Shown: positions 1-11,880, numbered from the stretch's first letter. The stretch is DNA of 64,000 bases from Amoebidium appalachense (GCA_963693365.1 CAVNZM010000011.1:2340989-2404988), one strand, 5' to 3'. The notes: generated from the sequence alone by a model not told the origin. Program-made: numbers and translations.

Positions 1-90
1 TATCACGAACATAACCATGCAAGCATACACACACCACTCAACGAGAAAAATATTAGAGGATCACAGGCATAGGCTTACTGTGGCGACCCC

Positions 91-134
<44 letters not shown>

Positions 135-270
135 AAAAAAAAAAACTTGGATGACATATATATATATATAAGAATACTCCCCCTTCCCCCCCTTGCCACC
201 CACCCATATCAACCGATCACACACACAAACACATATACACACACACACACACACAGACACACACACACAC

Positions 271-1007
271 CTGACTTTTGCCGCTGCGTTACCGGTCCTC
301 TCCACCGATATGTTCCCCCTGGGTAAAACCACCGTCTCCCTCATATATGCCTCGACTGTTGCTTCGTATGTTGCCGCGGTTGCAGTGAGCTTCCGTGTGG
401 CCTTGCACGGTAGCAGCTTGTCAAACCCCACCCCAAACACAACACTGCCCGCACACGTGCCCGTGTGCAGTCGAAACTGGGGTTCCCTGAGTACGCTTTT
501 ACTATCGGTGATGTTGCAGGCGCCAAAACTCACGCCCTCCAGCACCCTGCTAGTGAACCACTGGCCCAGGTTCATATTCACCCATAGGCCCCCCTCATAC
601 AGGTCCACCCCCTCCAACTGCCCGCTGAAATTCGCCCTCAGAGCCTGGGGCGTGGCCAGACTGCACGTGCTACCCTCCAGGCCGGGGTCCCTCACAACCA
701 CATAGTCGACCTGTACCCCCAACGTAGACGCCACAAGCACGTGTGCGTGTGTATTGGAGTCCACCACCAGCTCGCTTAGGGGCTGCCCAGTGGTCCCCCT
801 GGCGCCGACTATTTTCAATGGCACGGTCACGTTGAGTGGGGCGTCAAGGGGGTATGCCCCCGCCTCCAGAAATATGACGTCATTTGCGCTGGCGTTGGCA
901 ACCACCTGCTGCAGGAGTGCTGGGCCGGGGGCAACGTTGTGTACTCTGGCTAGGCATTTACCAGACAGCCATGCAAGAAGCATGCATGGTAGCCAAAGGT
1001 TGTGCAT
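271..1007 (-). CDS. First coding exon of a predicted secreted/cell-surface protein with a right-handed beta-helix (pectin-lyase-like) start; gene continues past the left window edge
   Basis: ATG at 1007 gives a signal-peptide-like N-terminus (MHNLWLPCMLLAWLSGKCLA), then LQQVVANASANDVIFLEAGAY..LNVTVPLKIVG, typical of the cap/first coil of parallel beta-helix proteins, then a Cys-containing beta-rich segment with N-glycosylation sequons. Non-repetitive ORF ends at a GT donor (275 or 270) before a (GT)n tract. Confidence 0.65.
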
Positions 1008-2331
1008 GGCGAACAAAGTCGCCACTGCGAGGGCACACGGAAGAGAGAGTAGATTGCCGTCAAAGTGTACGACGAATAATGGTAGCCGGCAAGTCTGGTG
1101 GTGCCTGGTCTATGGCTATTATTGACAGGTTTTTTGGGGATAAGAGCGTAGATGGCTTGGTATGCGAGCTGTATTGGAGCTTAGCTTCTGGCTCGCAATT
1201 TCATTGCGAGTGAAAAGAAGCCATTTTGAAGTTACGTTATGTAGGTGCAATTTTTGCGTACCATTTATTGATCAACAGCACATTAACTCAACCTAGTGTG
1301 CCTGAAATCATGAGAAAACGAATCAACCTGTTTCCTTGCGTCACCTAGAGCCTTCAGTTGGGAAAGATGAGCTATTTAGTGCTACAGCCTGTAACAAAGG
1401 TGGCGGGCCCCGTTGAACTTCAACTCCTGGCCAGCAGTCAGAGAGCGCCTGCCTTCTTGTGAAAGAAACTAGAGCCCTTAGATTAGTGATAAGATTGTTG
1501 AGCACCCTGCGAGTGGAAACTATAGGCTTGCTGAATACTCTACACAACGACACGTGTGAACTTGTCGGCACAGACGCATACACAACACTAACACGTGTAA
1601 GCGGAAGGCGGTGTGTGTACTGAGTCTGTGACTGGCAGGTGTGTGAAATAACACGGCATTCCAGTATTAGTAAAATCAACCAATCAGCGGGCGGCATCTA
1701 CTAGATGGCGGTGCGTAATAAAGCTAGGGGGATTCTTTCATCAACTAGGGGGCCAAAAGTCTTCGGAGCAAAGCCTTGCAAGGCAAAATGAAAACCTTGA
1801 AAGCTTAGCACGTAGGTTATGCAGGGTGGCAAAAACATACTGCAGCAATACAAAGCCTAGGTCTTGCAAACTGTTCTGCTAAAGTAGCTTGGCAGAGATT
1901 TTTATGCTCACCCGCGAGAATCTCTATGGTTCCTAAACATTTCAACGAAAGGATTGATTTGACAGCAGCTCACCTTGTTCCATTAGAATGACGGCCTACA
2001 GATGAGCAGAGAGCCGCACGAGAATCTAGCGTACATGGTCTTATATTGTTAAAAGGGGATCTCCCGTTGGTCTGCGTGCACACAGGTTGCAGGATGCATA
2101 CAGCCCCTGCTCCATCATTTACGTGCTGAATGTGGGTGACGTTATATTGCTGCACTTACAAAGTAACGAGGGAAAACAAATACATCGCTCTGTGGAGTTG
2201 TTTGCCGAAACGCCGTCACCCTGCCTACACCAATGCAACCGTAGCGAGGTAGACAATACTTATGTGGCTCCACACTTCCCTGGACAGAGTATTCGTGTCT
2301 TGACACCAGTCACTCTTTCACCCATGACAAC

Positions 2332-3183
2332 ATGAACGACACCACCGACACTGAGAAAGTCTACTGCCCGCTGCACTATGCGCGGCCCACGTGCGAAGAG
2401 TCCTGGGCCGAGTCCCTAGGCACCCAATACTTAGCATGGCAGATAATTCTAGGGATTACCGCCGGGTCACTTGCCTTATTTGGCCTGGTTAATCTCTACC
2501 GTCTGGTACGTTACGACATACGTACGTTCCCCTTTGCACTGACGGCTCAGCGTGTGGTTAACCTGTCGGCCACGTTCATCACCATTCTGCTGCTGCTGAG
2601 TGAGCCGGACCTGTGGGGATTTAGAAACATCGTCCCTAAGGACTTTGTCACCTTGACAGAGGGTAAACCCCTCCCCCCCTCCCCCCCTTCCCCCACCCCT
2701 CCCCCACCCCACCCGCCAGATTTCTTTGCGCTCCTTGTCACCAGCCCCGTTCCCAACCCTGCCCCTGCCACTACTGTCCCGTGCACATCTGCCACTGGCA
2801 CCCGACTTAATCTATAGCACTCTCCCTCCCCCCCCCTCCCCCTGCTCCCTCTCCCATCCTCCACCTCATCCTTTCTGTGTCGACGTCTGTGCACATAATT
2901 TTGGATATCACTCCCTTAAGGTGAAAATGGATGCTAATTTCATAATTTGACCATTGACCTTTGTGGTTATCTTCTATCACATTCTGCTGTCATCCACCCC
3001 CTTGCTTTCCCCCCCCCCTTCCCCCCCCCAACCTCCACCTGCACAGGCAACACACACACCCTCTCTCACCTTCTTACCCGCTTTTCAAAGTACATACACG
3101 CTTTCTCTCCGCCTATGAGCATCCATATCTTTCTTTGCCCCCCCCTATCTCTCCTCTCTCTCTCTCTCTCTCCTCTCGCTCTC

Positions 3184-3260
<77 letters not shown>

Positions 3261-3284
3261 TCTCTCCCTCTCTCTCTCGCTCTC

Positions 3285-3327
<43 letters not shown>

Positions 3328-4736
3328 CCCCCCTCTCTCTCCCTCCCCCTCCCCCCTCCCCCCCCTCACTCTCTCTCCCCTCTCCCCCGTTCTCTTCTTC
3401 CCCGCCCCGCCCTCCGCAACCCCCCCCCCCCCCCCCCCCCACCCCCCCCACCACCTGATCCCGTCGCTCGCTACCTCTGCTAATGATCCTTTTCCTGACG
3501 ATATCCTAATTCATCTCCTCTCCCCCCCTTCCCCCCCTCCTCCCCCCTCCTCCCCACCCACCCACCCACCCCCGCCCCTCCATCCCTCCTCTCTCCCCGC
3601 CCCCAACACCACCCCTCCATCCCCCCTCTTCCCCCCAGGTCTCCTAGCGACTGCTGTCTACACAACACTGTATGTTGTGACTCTGGACTGGGTGGGACTG
3701 ATTGCCCGGCTGGGGGGAAATGACACCTGGCTGGGCCGACACATAACGTGGGTCAGACGCACAAACATTGTGCTATTAATAGGATTCTGGGTGGGCCTGT
3801 GGGGGTTGCTCATATTGGAAGCCATTATGGACACCAATAATTGGGTGTGGGGGGTCAAGTTTGCTAAGACAATTCTATTTATGTGCAATGTTGCATGTGT
3901 GCTGGGCCTGGCCATGCTATTAATAGCTACCATCATCAATGTGCTGAGGACCGTGGAGGCACCCGAAGACAGCCACCAGCATGTGCAGGTAGTGGGCCAA
4001 GCACCCTCACTTCATGCACACACACACAAGCACAGCTGTGCACACACACACGCACCGAAAGAGAGAGAGGGAGAGGGAGAGGGAGGGAGAGGGAGACCAC
4101 ACATGCACACACATTTATGCCTCAAGTACTCCCCAATAAGCTACCCCGCTGAACACACACACGGCACACTTTCCCTCCTACACGTTCGTGGATTATCCCC
4201 CCCCCCCCCCCCCTCCCCCCACGGGGGGAGCCACCATGCTTACTGGCACACACTTGTACTCTGGGTGGGAGCACACACCGGATTTATGCAGTCGGTCAAG
4301 AATCACGTAACCAACTCATGACATGCCCATCCCCTGCACCCATCCCCCCCCCCCCCCCCCCCCCCCCCCCCGTGCGCTCAGCCCAACTCTCCACTAGCCC
4401 TCAGACCATACATTCACCATAACTCTTGGGGGTGTGATTGTTGTGTGCATATGTGTTGCCTGCTGCCCCCTCTACTTGCTCCCCCCGCCACCAGTATCCT
4501 CATATCAACATGTGTCCATCTGCCATCATCTCTCATCCCCCCCCCCCACCACCACAACCACCACCACGGTACCGTAAACCCTCACTATTCCCGTACGTGC
4601 CCCCCCCACCCCTCCCCTCCTCCTCCTCCGCTACTTCCTACATGAAAGTTCAACCCGGCCGTCATGTTTCATTACCTACCCCTTTCATCTCTTCCCACAC
4701 GTGCTCTCCCGTGCTCTCGGATTCTGACCCTCCCCT

Positions 4737-4807
<71 letters not shown>

Positions 4808-7800
4808 TCAAGTGGCAGTGGCGAGCAGCCCAAACAGCGCCCGGTGTCAATCCTCCTTCCCCCAACCGTCACAGAAGAGAGAACCAGAAGACTCCAAGAC
4901 CGCATGGGGGCTACAGGGTTAAAGTGGTGGTGGTTCATGTTGGTGTCGAACCCAAAGGGACATGGGGTACAGGGGGGACGTAAACATGGGGTGAGGGCAG
5001 TGAGAAATATGGCTATGCTACAGACGATGGTTAGGCTGGGCACGGTGTTTGCTGTGGGGGGACTGGTGGCGTTTGGTTGGTTGGGATATAATGCGGTGTG
5101 GATCATGATGAAGAGGAGGACCGATAAGGAGCCCGATCAGGTGGGTGAATATGCCGACATGTTTTTTATTTATTCCTTTTTTATTTGTACTTTTCTCCAT
5201 TATTCTTTTTTCTGGCTTTGGCTTTGGCTTGGCTTTGGCGACTTCTTCTTCTTTTTCTTCTTCTCTTTTTTTCTTCTCTTTTCTCTCTCTCTCTCTCTCC
5301 TTTTTTTTTTTTTTTTTTTTTTGGTTGTTGTTGTTGTTGTTGTTGTTGTTGTTGAAGTTTTTTTTGGGGGGGGGGGGGGGGGGGGGGGGGGGGAGGGGAG
5401 GGGGGAGAGTGGAAGGGGGGGGTTGCTCTTCTTGATTGGTTTGCTTTCATATCCCCTTGTTCCATATGGCCTCAATCAAGCTTGCGAGTTGCATCTTTGA
5501 TTGACCCTTCACCTCTCCCTTATGCTGTCGTGTTTCAGATCTTCGATGGCTAATTGCTTATTCGTAGCCATTGGTAGCAGTCTTCCCCCCCCCCCCCCCC
5601 CCCCTCTCCCCCCCCTCTTCCCCTAAATAGCCAACCAACCAACCACCCACCCACCCACCTGCACATTTCTCGATCTATTTTATTCATCAGGACGGTTTTG
5701 TTATTTGACTATCTCTTACACACACCTCATCCTACCCTCACCTGAATATCGGCCCGGTTTGAAAGTCTGCTTTGTCTGCCCACTTGTTTTTTTTTCTGTT
5801 TTATCGAGTAAGTTTTTCTTGTCTTCATGCATCCTCCCCCTCCACCCCCCCCCCCCCCCCCCTCCCCGCTCCGCCCCGCCCCTCCCTGCCCGCTGCCCCT
5901 CCTCCTTCGCCATTTCCCTTCCCCCCTCCCCCCCCCCCCCCCCTCGTACCGTGTTCCGCATTCAAACCCCCCCCCCCCCCCCTCCCCCCACCCCCCTCCC
6001 TCCCCCCAATGCCCCTCACCACCACATCTACTAACAACGTGTGTCTGTGCAGGTGCCCACGACCTGGTACGGCTTTGTAGCGCAGTACGTTATCCCCCAG
6101 CTGGCATACAACATGGTTGTACTGTTTGGCTTCTTCTTCTTCCGCTACAGAGCACTGCATAGGGGCAGTGTCAGGCCTACAGACTTTGTGGTGTTGGATA
6201 GGCTGGGCGAGGGCCAGTTTGGTACGGTATACAGGGGGGTGTTGACGAGGGGTGCTGCAAGGTTACCTGTGGCTATAAAGCAGGTGTGTGGGTGGGTGGC
6301 ATGTGTTGTTGGCTATGAAATGTGACGGTGGAATCTTATTAAACTGACTAGTCAACATGTGCATGCCCATTGTTGCTCAGCGTTCTAATATTAGTCTTGC
6401 ATGGTTTTGCACACCTGGGACCAACCAATCAACATCCATTTCTTTGGAGCTAGCCAACCAGTCACATTCATTACTGTGGAGTTAACCAATCACATCCATT
6501 ACTAGGAATCTGATCATTATAACCAATCGATTGCATCCATTCTGTGGTGCTATCAAATGGCAGCTCAAGGATACGGTGGCCAGTCGTGCCGATGAGGCTG
6601 CCCTGCTCTGGGAGGCAGACATGATGATGGCCGTGTCGAGTGAGCATGTGGGCAGGTGTGTGTGTGTGTGGTGTGTGTGTGTGTGTGTGTGTGTGTGCAC
6701 GTGTGTGTGCCTGAGTGCATGCTTGTGTTTGCGTGATGTGTCTGTGTCTGTTTCTCTCTGTGTATGGGTGTGTGTAGATGTCTGTGCATATGGGCGTGCC
6801 TGCACATTGTTGTGTATGTGTATCTTTTTCCAACAGTTGTGTGCGGGTCTCTGTGTGTGCATGTATGTATGTGTGGTGCTCACTTCCGGGGGGAGTGGGG
6901 GGAAGGGGGGGGAGGGGGGGGGGGGGGGGTGTTAACAAACGGATATGGTGCTCATGCTTTGTCTCCTCCCCCCCGCCCTCACCCCTGAATGGATCGAAAC
7001 TCGGGTACTGTGGATGACTTGGGCGCACCCTGATGATGGGCTCTGCTTTTTATGCATACTCTTTATGTGTGATTTACACTCTGCATCGTGTTCATCGATT
7101 TTAATATGTGCTTCATACTCTATACGGCATTCTAACCCTTCCCCCCCCCCCCCCCCCCCCCCCCCTCCCCCGCTTTACTTCCATGCAACCGGGCATGGTT
7201 GCTCTGTGTCGTGCATCTGTAAGCACATACGCATTTTTCGCTGCACTGCATTAGTTTGCACACACATATTCACCGTTTTGCTCACCTTGCTTGCATAAGC
7301 AACCCTGCTCGTCTTTGATCAAGACGGGTTGACCCTCCCAAGTTCAGTTGATGCTGCTGTCTGAGTTGGAGAGTCGTATATACGCGGGCTAAGGGGTCGA
7401 AACTCAGACGCAATTGATGACTTGGGCCCTCCCTGAGGATGGGCTCTGCTTATGACGCATACTGTGCGCATGGCTATGTTGCATACTTGAATGTTTGCCT
7501 TTGCATGTGTCCTTTGTGTATGCGTACTTCGTACCGTGTTCCACATTCAAACCCCCCCCCCCCCCCCCCTCCTTCCAGGCTTGAGGGACTATCCTATGCT
7601 GATGGTGCCCTGTACATGCTGATCGAGTTTGTGGAGGGGGGTGACCTGAGGGCTCATGTGCGCAGACTGGCCCAGCAGGGCATACCTATGCCACTGGGCC
7701 AAAGGCTATTTATAGCTGCACAAATAGCAAATGGCATGGCTGCAGTGGCAGCGGCTGGGTTGGTGCATAGAGACCTCGCGGCTAGGAACTGCATGGTGCA

Positions 7801-7950
7801 AGTGGTGTGTGCTTCCTCCCCCCCCCCCCCCCCCCCCCCCTCCCCCCCTCCCCCGGTAACCAAAATATACACACACACACATGCATATGTGTGTGCGCGC
7901 GTGCACGTACACACACACACACACAACACACACACACAACACACACACAC

Positions 7951-8022
<72 letters not shown>

Positions 8023-9342
8023 ACCACCACCACCACCACCACCACCACCACCACCACCACCACCTTCCTGCCCTTCTCACTCCGTGTGTAATGTCTTGAA
8101 ACCAGTGAAAACATTATGTAGGGTGAATGAGAGAGTGGATAAACCCATGTGGTGTTGCGTGTTTTGTCTGGGTGCGCATTGGTGGGAATGTGCATTGTAC
8201 CTATCGTTTGAGACCGGTAAGTACTCTCCCCTCTCCCCTCCTCCCCCCGGGTCCTCCTGTCCGCCTGCCAATCTAGCTCCTTTCCCTGCCCCATTTTCAC
8301 CGCTCTCCATATGTTTAACCCCCTTCCCCCCTACCTTCTCCCCCCCCCCCCCCCCCCCCCCCCCCTTCCCCCTCCCCTTTCCTCTCTCCATCCACCCCCT
8401 TTTCCCCACACACACAGACGCCCAGTGGGCCACAAATCAAGATCAGTGACTTTGGGCTGGCCCAGAGGATGGGCCCCAATGGGCAGTACGTCAACCCAAG
8501 AGACAGCGCCCTACTGCCTCTGTGCTGGTCGGCACCAGAGGCACTAAAGGGGGGAGTGTGGAGTGAGTACAGCGATGTCTATGCATTCGGCATCACCTGG
8601 TAAGTGCTATGGTATATTTAGTGCTTTGCATCTATATTTGGGTTGCTCCTGGGTGTGTGGGATGTAGTGCACAAAGATATTTGACAAGGCACCACATGTT
8701 TTGCTTTCGTTACTGCCCAATCATTCCCTAAGCTGATGCCTGTCTGTTCCTTTTCCTCTGTGTGTGTTGGCGAAGTTAGAGCGTGCACTTTATTGTTTTT
8801 GTAGTGATGCTTTACCACTGCATGGAGGGTATGGTGGTTCGATGGTGTAGTGTGTGGGTGGCTGGACACAGTTATCAACACAACTGCTGTCACCGAAATA
8901 CATGGTGCAGCTACGGCAATAGGAAGTAAACCTACACGTGTACACATTCACTGATATTACCCGCCGCCCTCCCTCTCCCCCCTCCCCCGTCCCTCTCTTC
9001 TTTTTTTGCTTTGCCCTCATGCTTGCTCCTCCCATGGCTCCCGAAATTACATGCAGAAATATCCCTGAGAACTCGTAAATCCAAGCAACCTGGATATCAG
9101 TAATATCCGCATAGCTACAATGGTGTTTGCACGCTCACACACACAGATGTACGAGCACGCAAGGTGTGCACAGATCGGCGCGCACCTTTAGCAACCACGG
9201 CACTTTGGACACGTTACTTTTTGTAATTCTAGTTGGCTGGGCATGCAGGTGGGAGCTGGAGCAGAGCACCGGGGAGACACCAATGCGGGGCAAACCTGAC
9301 AGGCAGATGGTCGAGGCCGTGGTGAATGGTGCGTTTGTGGGT

Positions 9343-9393
<51 letters not shown>

Positions 9394-9499
9394 GGGTGGG
9401 TGGGTGTGGGTGGGTGTGGGTGGGCGGGTGGTTGATGGGGGGGTGGTTGGTGGAGGGGGGGGGGGGAGGGGGAAGACCTTGGTGTGTTTTTTTTTTTTT

Positions 9500-9530
<31 letters not shown>

Positions 9531-10813
9531 GGGGGGGAGGGGGGGGGGGGTGTACGTGCGTGCGTTTTTGTGTGGGCGTGGGTGTTGGGGTGTTTGTGTG
9601 CGCGTGTCTGTGCATGTGTGTATGTGTGGGTGTGTGGGTGTGTGGGTGTGTGGGTGTGTGGGTGTATGTGTGCGCGCGTGTGTGTGTATGTGTGTGTGTT
9701 GTGTTGTGTATGCGCAGGCACAGGCGCATGCATGTGTGTTGTGGATGGATGTGGGTGTGGGTGGGTGGGTGGGTGGGTGGGTGGGTGGATGGGTGGATGG
9801 GTGGGTGGGTGTGCATGTGCCCCTGCACATGGCACGTACCGTGCATGTGGCCTGTGCATATGCATGCAGGCCGGGCGTAGGTAACATTTGCATATACATG
9901 ACTGTGTGCATCTATGTATACATGTGGGGTGAGCTGTATGACAGAGTTGACTGGCTGATGTGGCAAACTCGCAGATGGAGAGATTGTGATTGTGGTTGTG
10001 TGGTCTAGGTGCATACATGCTCCAGCGTGTGTGTGCATTAGTGTGTGCACGGTCAGTGTGAGCATGTGTACGTGCATCTGGGTTGTAGGTTGTGACAGTG
10101 GCCGCGGTGCGCTGGTGGATGTGCGTGTGTGGCTCCTCCAAGGGGGGGAGGGGATGGAGTAGTACAGGAGGTGGGATCAGGGGAACGAAGAGTATGAATT
10201 CTGTTTTTTGACATGGTCAGATTCACAACATAGGTCTTTTTCTGACCCATCCCCCCCCCCCCCCCCCCCCTCCCCGCCCCCCTCCCCCTCCCCAAATGCA
10301 GGATTAAGACCTGTGAGGCCCCCCAATACCCCCACGCCCATCTGGCAGGCAATGAGCAAGTGTTGGCATGGGGATGTGAGGCAAAGGCCCAGCTTCAAAG
10401 AGATAGAGCGGGAGATAGCAGCCATGGGTGAAGGAAATGAACTAAATTACAGTAGAGACGTTGTAGGGTTGAAGGTCATACCAAGTATGACTGGCAGCGT
10501 GGATGGGGGTTTATATACGGAAATGGCGGGTGTGGGGGGGTTGTATACGGAAATGGTGGTAGAGCAAGATGATACATATGTGGAATTGTTGAATGCGGCG
10601 AATAATACGCAGGCGCGGATGTCCAGGCCTGTGAGTATGTGGGCTGGGCTGTCAGCAGCATTGCAATTTGGGAGGATGGCTAGGGCAAGTGGTGATACTC
10701 TGAGTATTGGGGGGGCATCGGTAGCTATGAATGTAAGGAGGAGGAGTGAGAGTGGGGCAGGGGCGGGTAATTTAAAAGTCATGGAGAATGATGTTATTGT
10801 GGGTGATGCATGA
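2332..10813 (+). CDS. 7-transmembrane (GPCR-like) receptor fused to a protein tyrosine kinase, ~779 aa, 9 exons
   Basis: Exons 2332-2662, 3639-3988, 4805-5140, 6053-6283, 6564-6655, 7579-7804, 8418-8599, 9249-9328, 10302-10813. All introns GT-AG with matching phases (1,0,0,0,2,0,2,1); total 2340 nt. Seven hydrophobic segments, then GEGQFG, VAIK, alphaC Glu (LLWEADMM), HRDLAARN, KISDFGLA, LPLCWSAPE, SDVYAFG, WEL..GETP, CW...RPSF. TM7 and the kinase G-loop share one exon (6053-6283). Exon 3 acceptor and exon 6 donor are slightly uncertain. Confidence 0.9.
6029..6052 (+). promoter_or_regulatory. Perfect TACTAAC branch point and 3' splice site of intron 3 of the 7TM-kinase gene
   Basis: TACTAAC at 6029-6035; acceptor AG at 6051-6052 precedes the in-frame exon VPTTWYG. 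Confidence 0.75.
6996..7141 (+). repeat. Dispersed ~150-bp intronic repeat, copy A
   Basis: GAAACTCGGGTACTGTGGATGAC..CCTGATGATGGGCTCTG..TTATGCATACT..GCATCGTGTT..CATTCTAACCC aligns by eye with 54678-54843 and 7399-7553. Confidence 0.75.
7399..7553 (+). repeat. Dispersed intronic repeat, copy B (diverged); its 3' end recurs at ~5945-5968
   Basis: GAAACTCAG..GATGACTTGGG..CCCTGAGGATGGGCTCTGCTT..TCGTACCGTGTTCCACATTCAAACCCC; TCGTACCGTGTTCCGCATTCAAACCCC occurs at 5945. Confidence 0.7.
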
Positions 10814-11359
10814 GAGTGGATGGATTTGCATGTACTGTACATATACTAGTATCACTCTTAGTGATGAATGGCTATTGAGAATGACTGGTTCATATGAGAG
10901 CTCTGAATGTATGTAGACTTTGTGTACATGCCGACATTTGTTCATTGACTGTAAAAAAATAACGTAGGCTCTCATTTTCTACAGTTCGACCATGTATCAC
11001 ACTTTGCTGTTTCCATGTGTCATTTCTGAGACTACACGAACCCCTCCCCCCCTCCCTCCGTCCCTCCCGTACCTTCTCCCCCCCCCCCCCCCCCCCCCTC
11101 CCCCCCCCCCCCCCCCCCCACTCTCTCTCCCTCCGTCCCTCCCCCCTCCCCCTCTCCCCCCCCTTCCTCCGGACCCGGTGCCCTCGTCATATCCACCACG
11201 TGCAACATTACACCCTCGAAAGGTTCGGTATTTTGTATTTGCGTGTGCACATGTGTGGAGTCACATTTTGTGTGATGTGTGCGTGTGTGTGCCGTGGTTG
11301 TTGTTGTTGTTGCTTTTGTGGTGGTGGTGGTGGTGGTTGGGGGGGGGGGGGGGGGAGGG

Positions 11360-11414
<55 letters not shown>

Positions 11415-11846
11415 AGGGGCTGCTACTCGGCTAAAACGAGGCTACCGTTAATGTAGCACGAGTGCTCGGTTCAATTTGGCACTTCAAGATCATCAAGATT
11501 CTTCAGCTGAAGACCGCACAGCTTAACGGATTAATTAACGTCGATGATTCCCGTTCTGCCTGCAAGGAACGGGAATAAAAACAGCCATAAAGAGGGACTG
11601 CAATTTTTTATTGGCAAGTGTTGCTGTTGGACCAGTCGAGCTCCACGTTATCCCTCTTTCCCCCCCCCTCTTCGACACCACACAACCATATCTAAGTGAC
11701 ACGTGTGTATATAGAGCATGCATTCACATGTTCTACATGCACACGGTGCCTTCTAGTAATATAATACACCGCAGGTTTACAAAGTTTTAACACGGCTATG
11801 TGGCCGGACCGATCCCAGTTCACATAAGTAGGTGACGCAGAGGGGA

Positions 11847-11880
<34 letters not shown>

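Noticed and set aside
2947-3483. Long ORFs of poly-Pro, Leu-Ser, His-Thr or Cys-Val here and throughout the window
   Set aside because: They are translations of intronic homopolymers and microsatellites that lack stop codons.
2332-5140. Membrane-protein exons as a gene separate from the kinase
   Set aside because: No stop in the spliced frame, phases match into exon 4, and exon 4 itself encodes TM7 plus the kinase G-loop.
6985-7046. Hammerhead ribozyme (GAAAC-TCGG-GTA and CTGATGA cores, Penelope-like)
   Set aside because: Core words are present, but I could not form stems I and II in any permutation, and copy C has CTGAGAA. An Infernal search would settle it.
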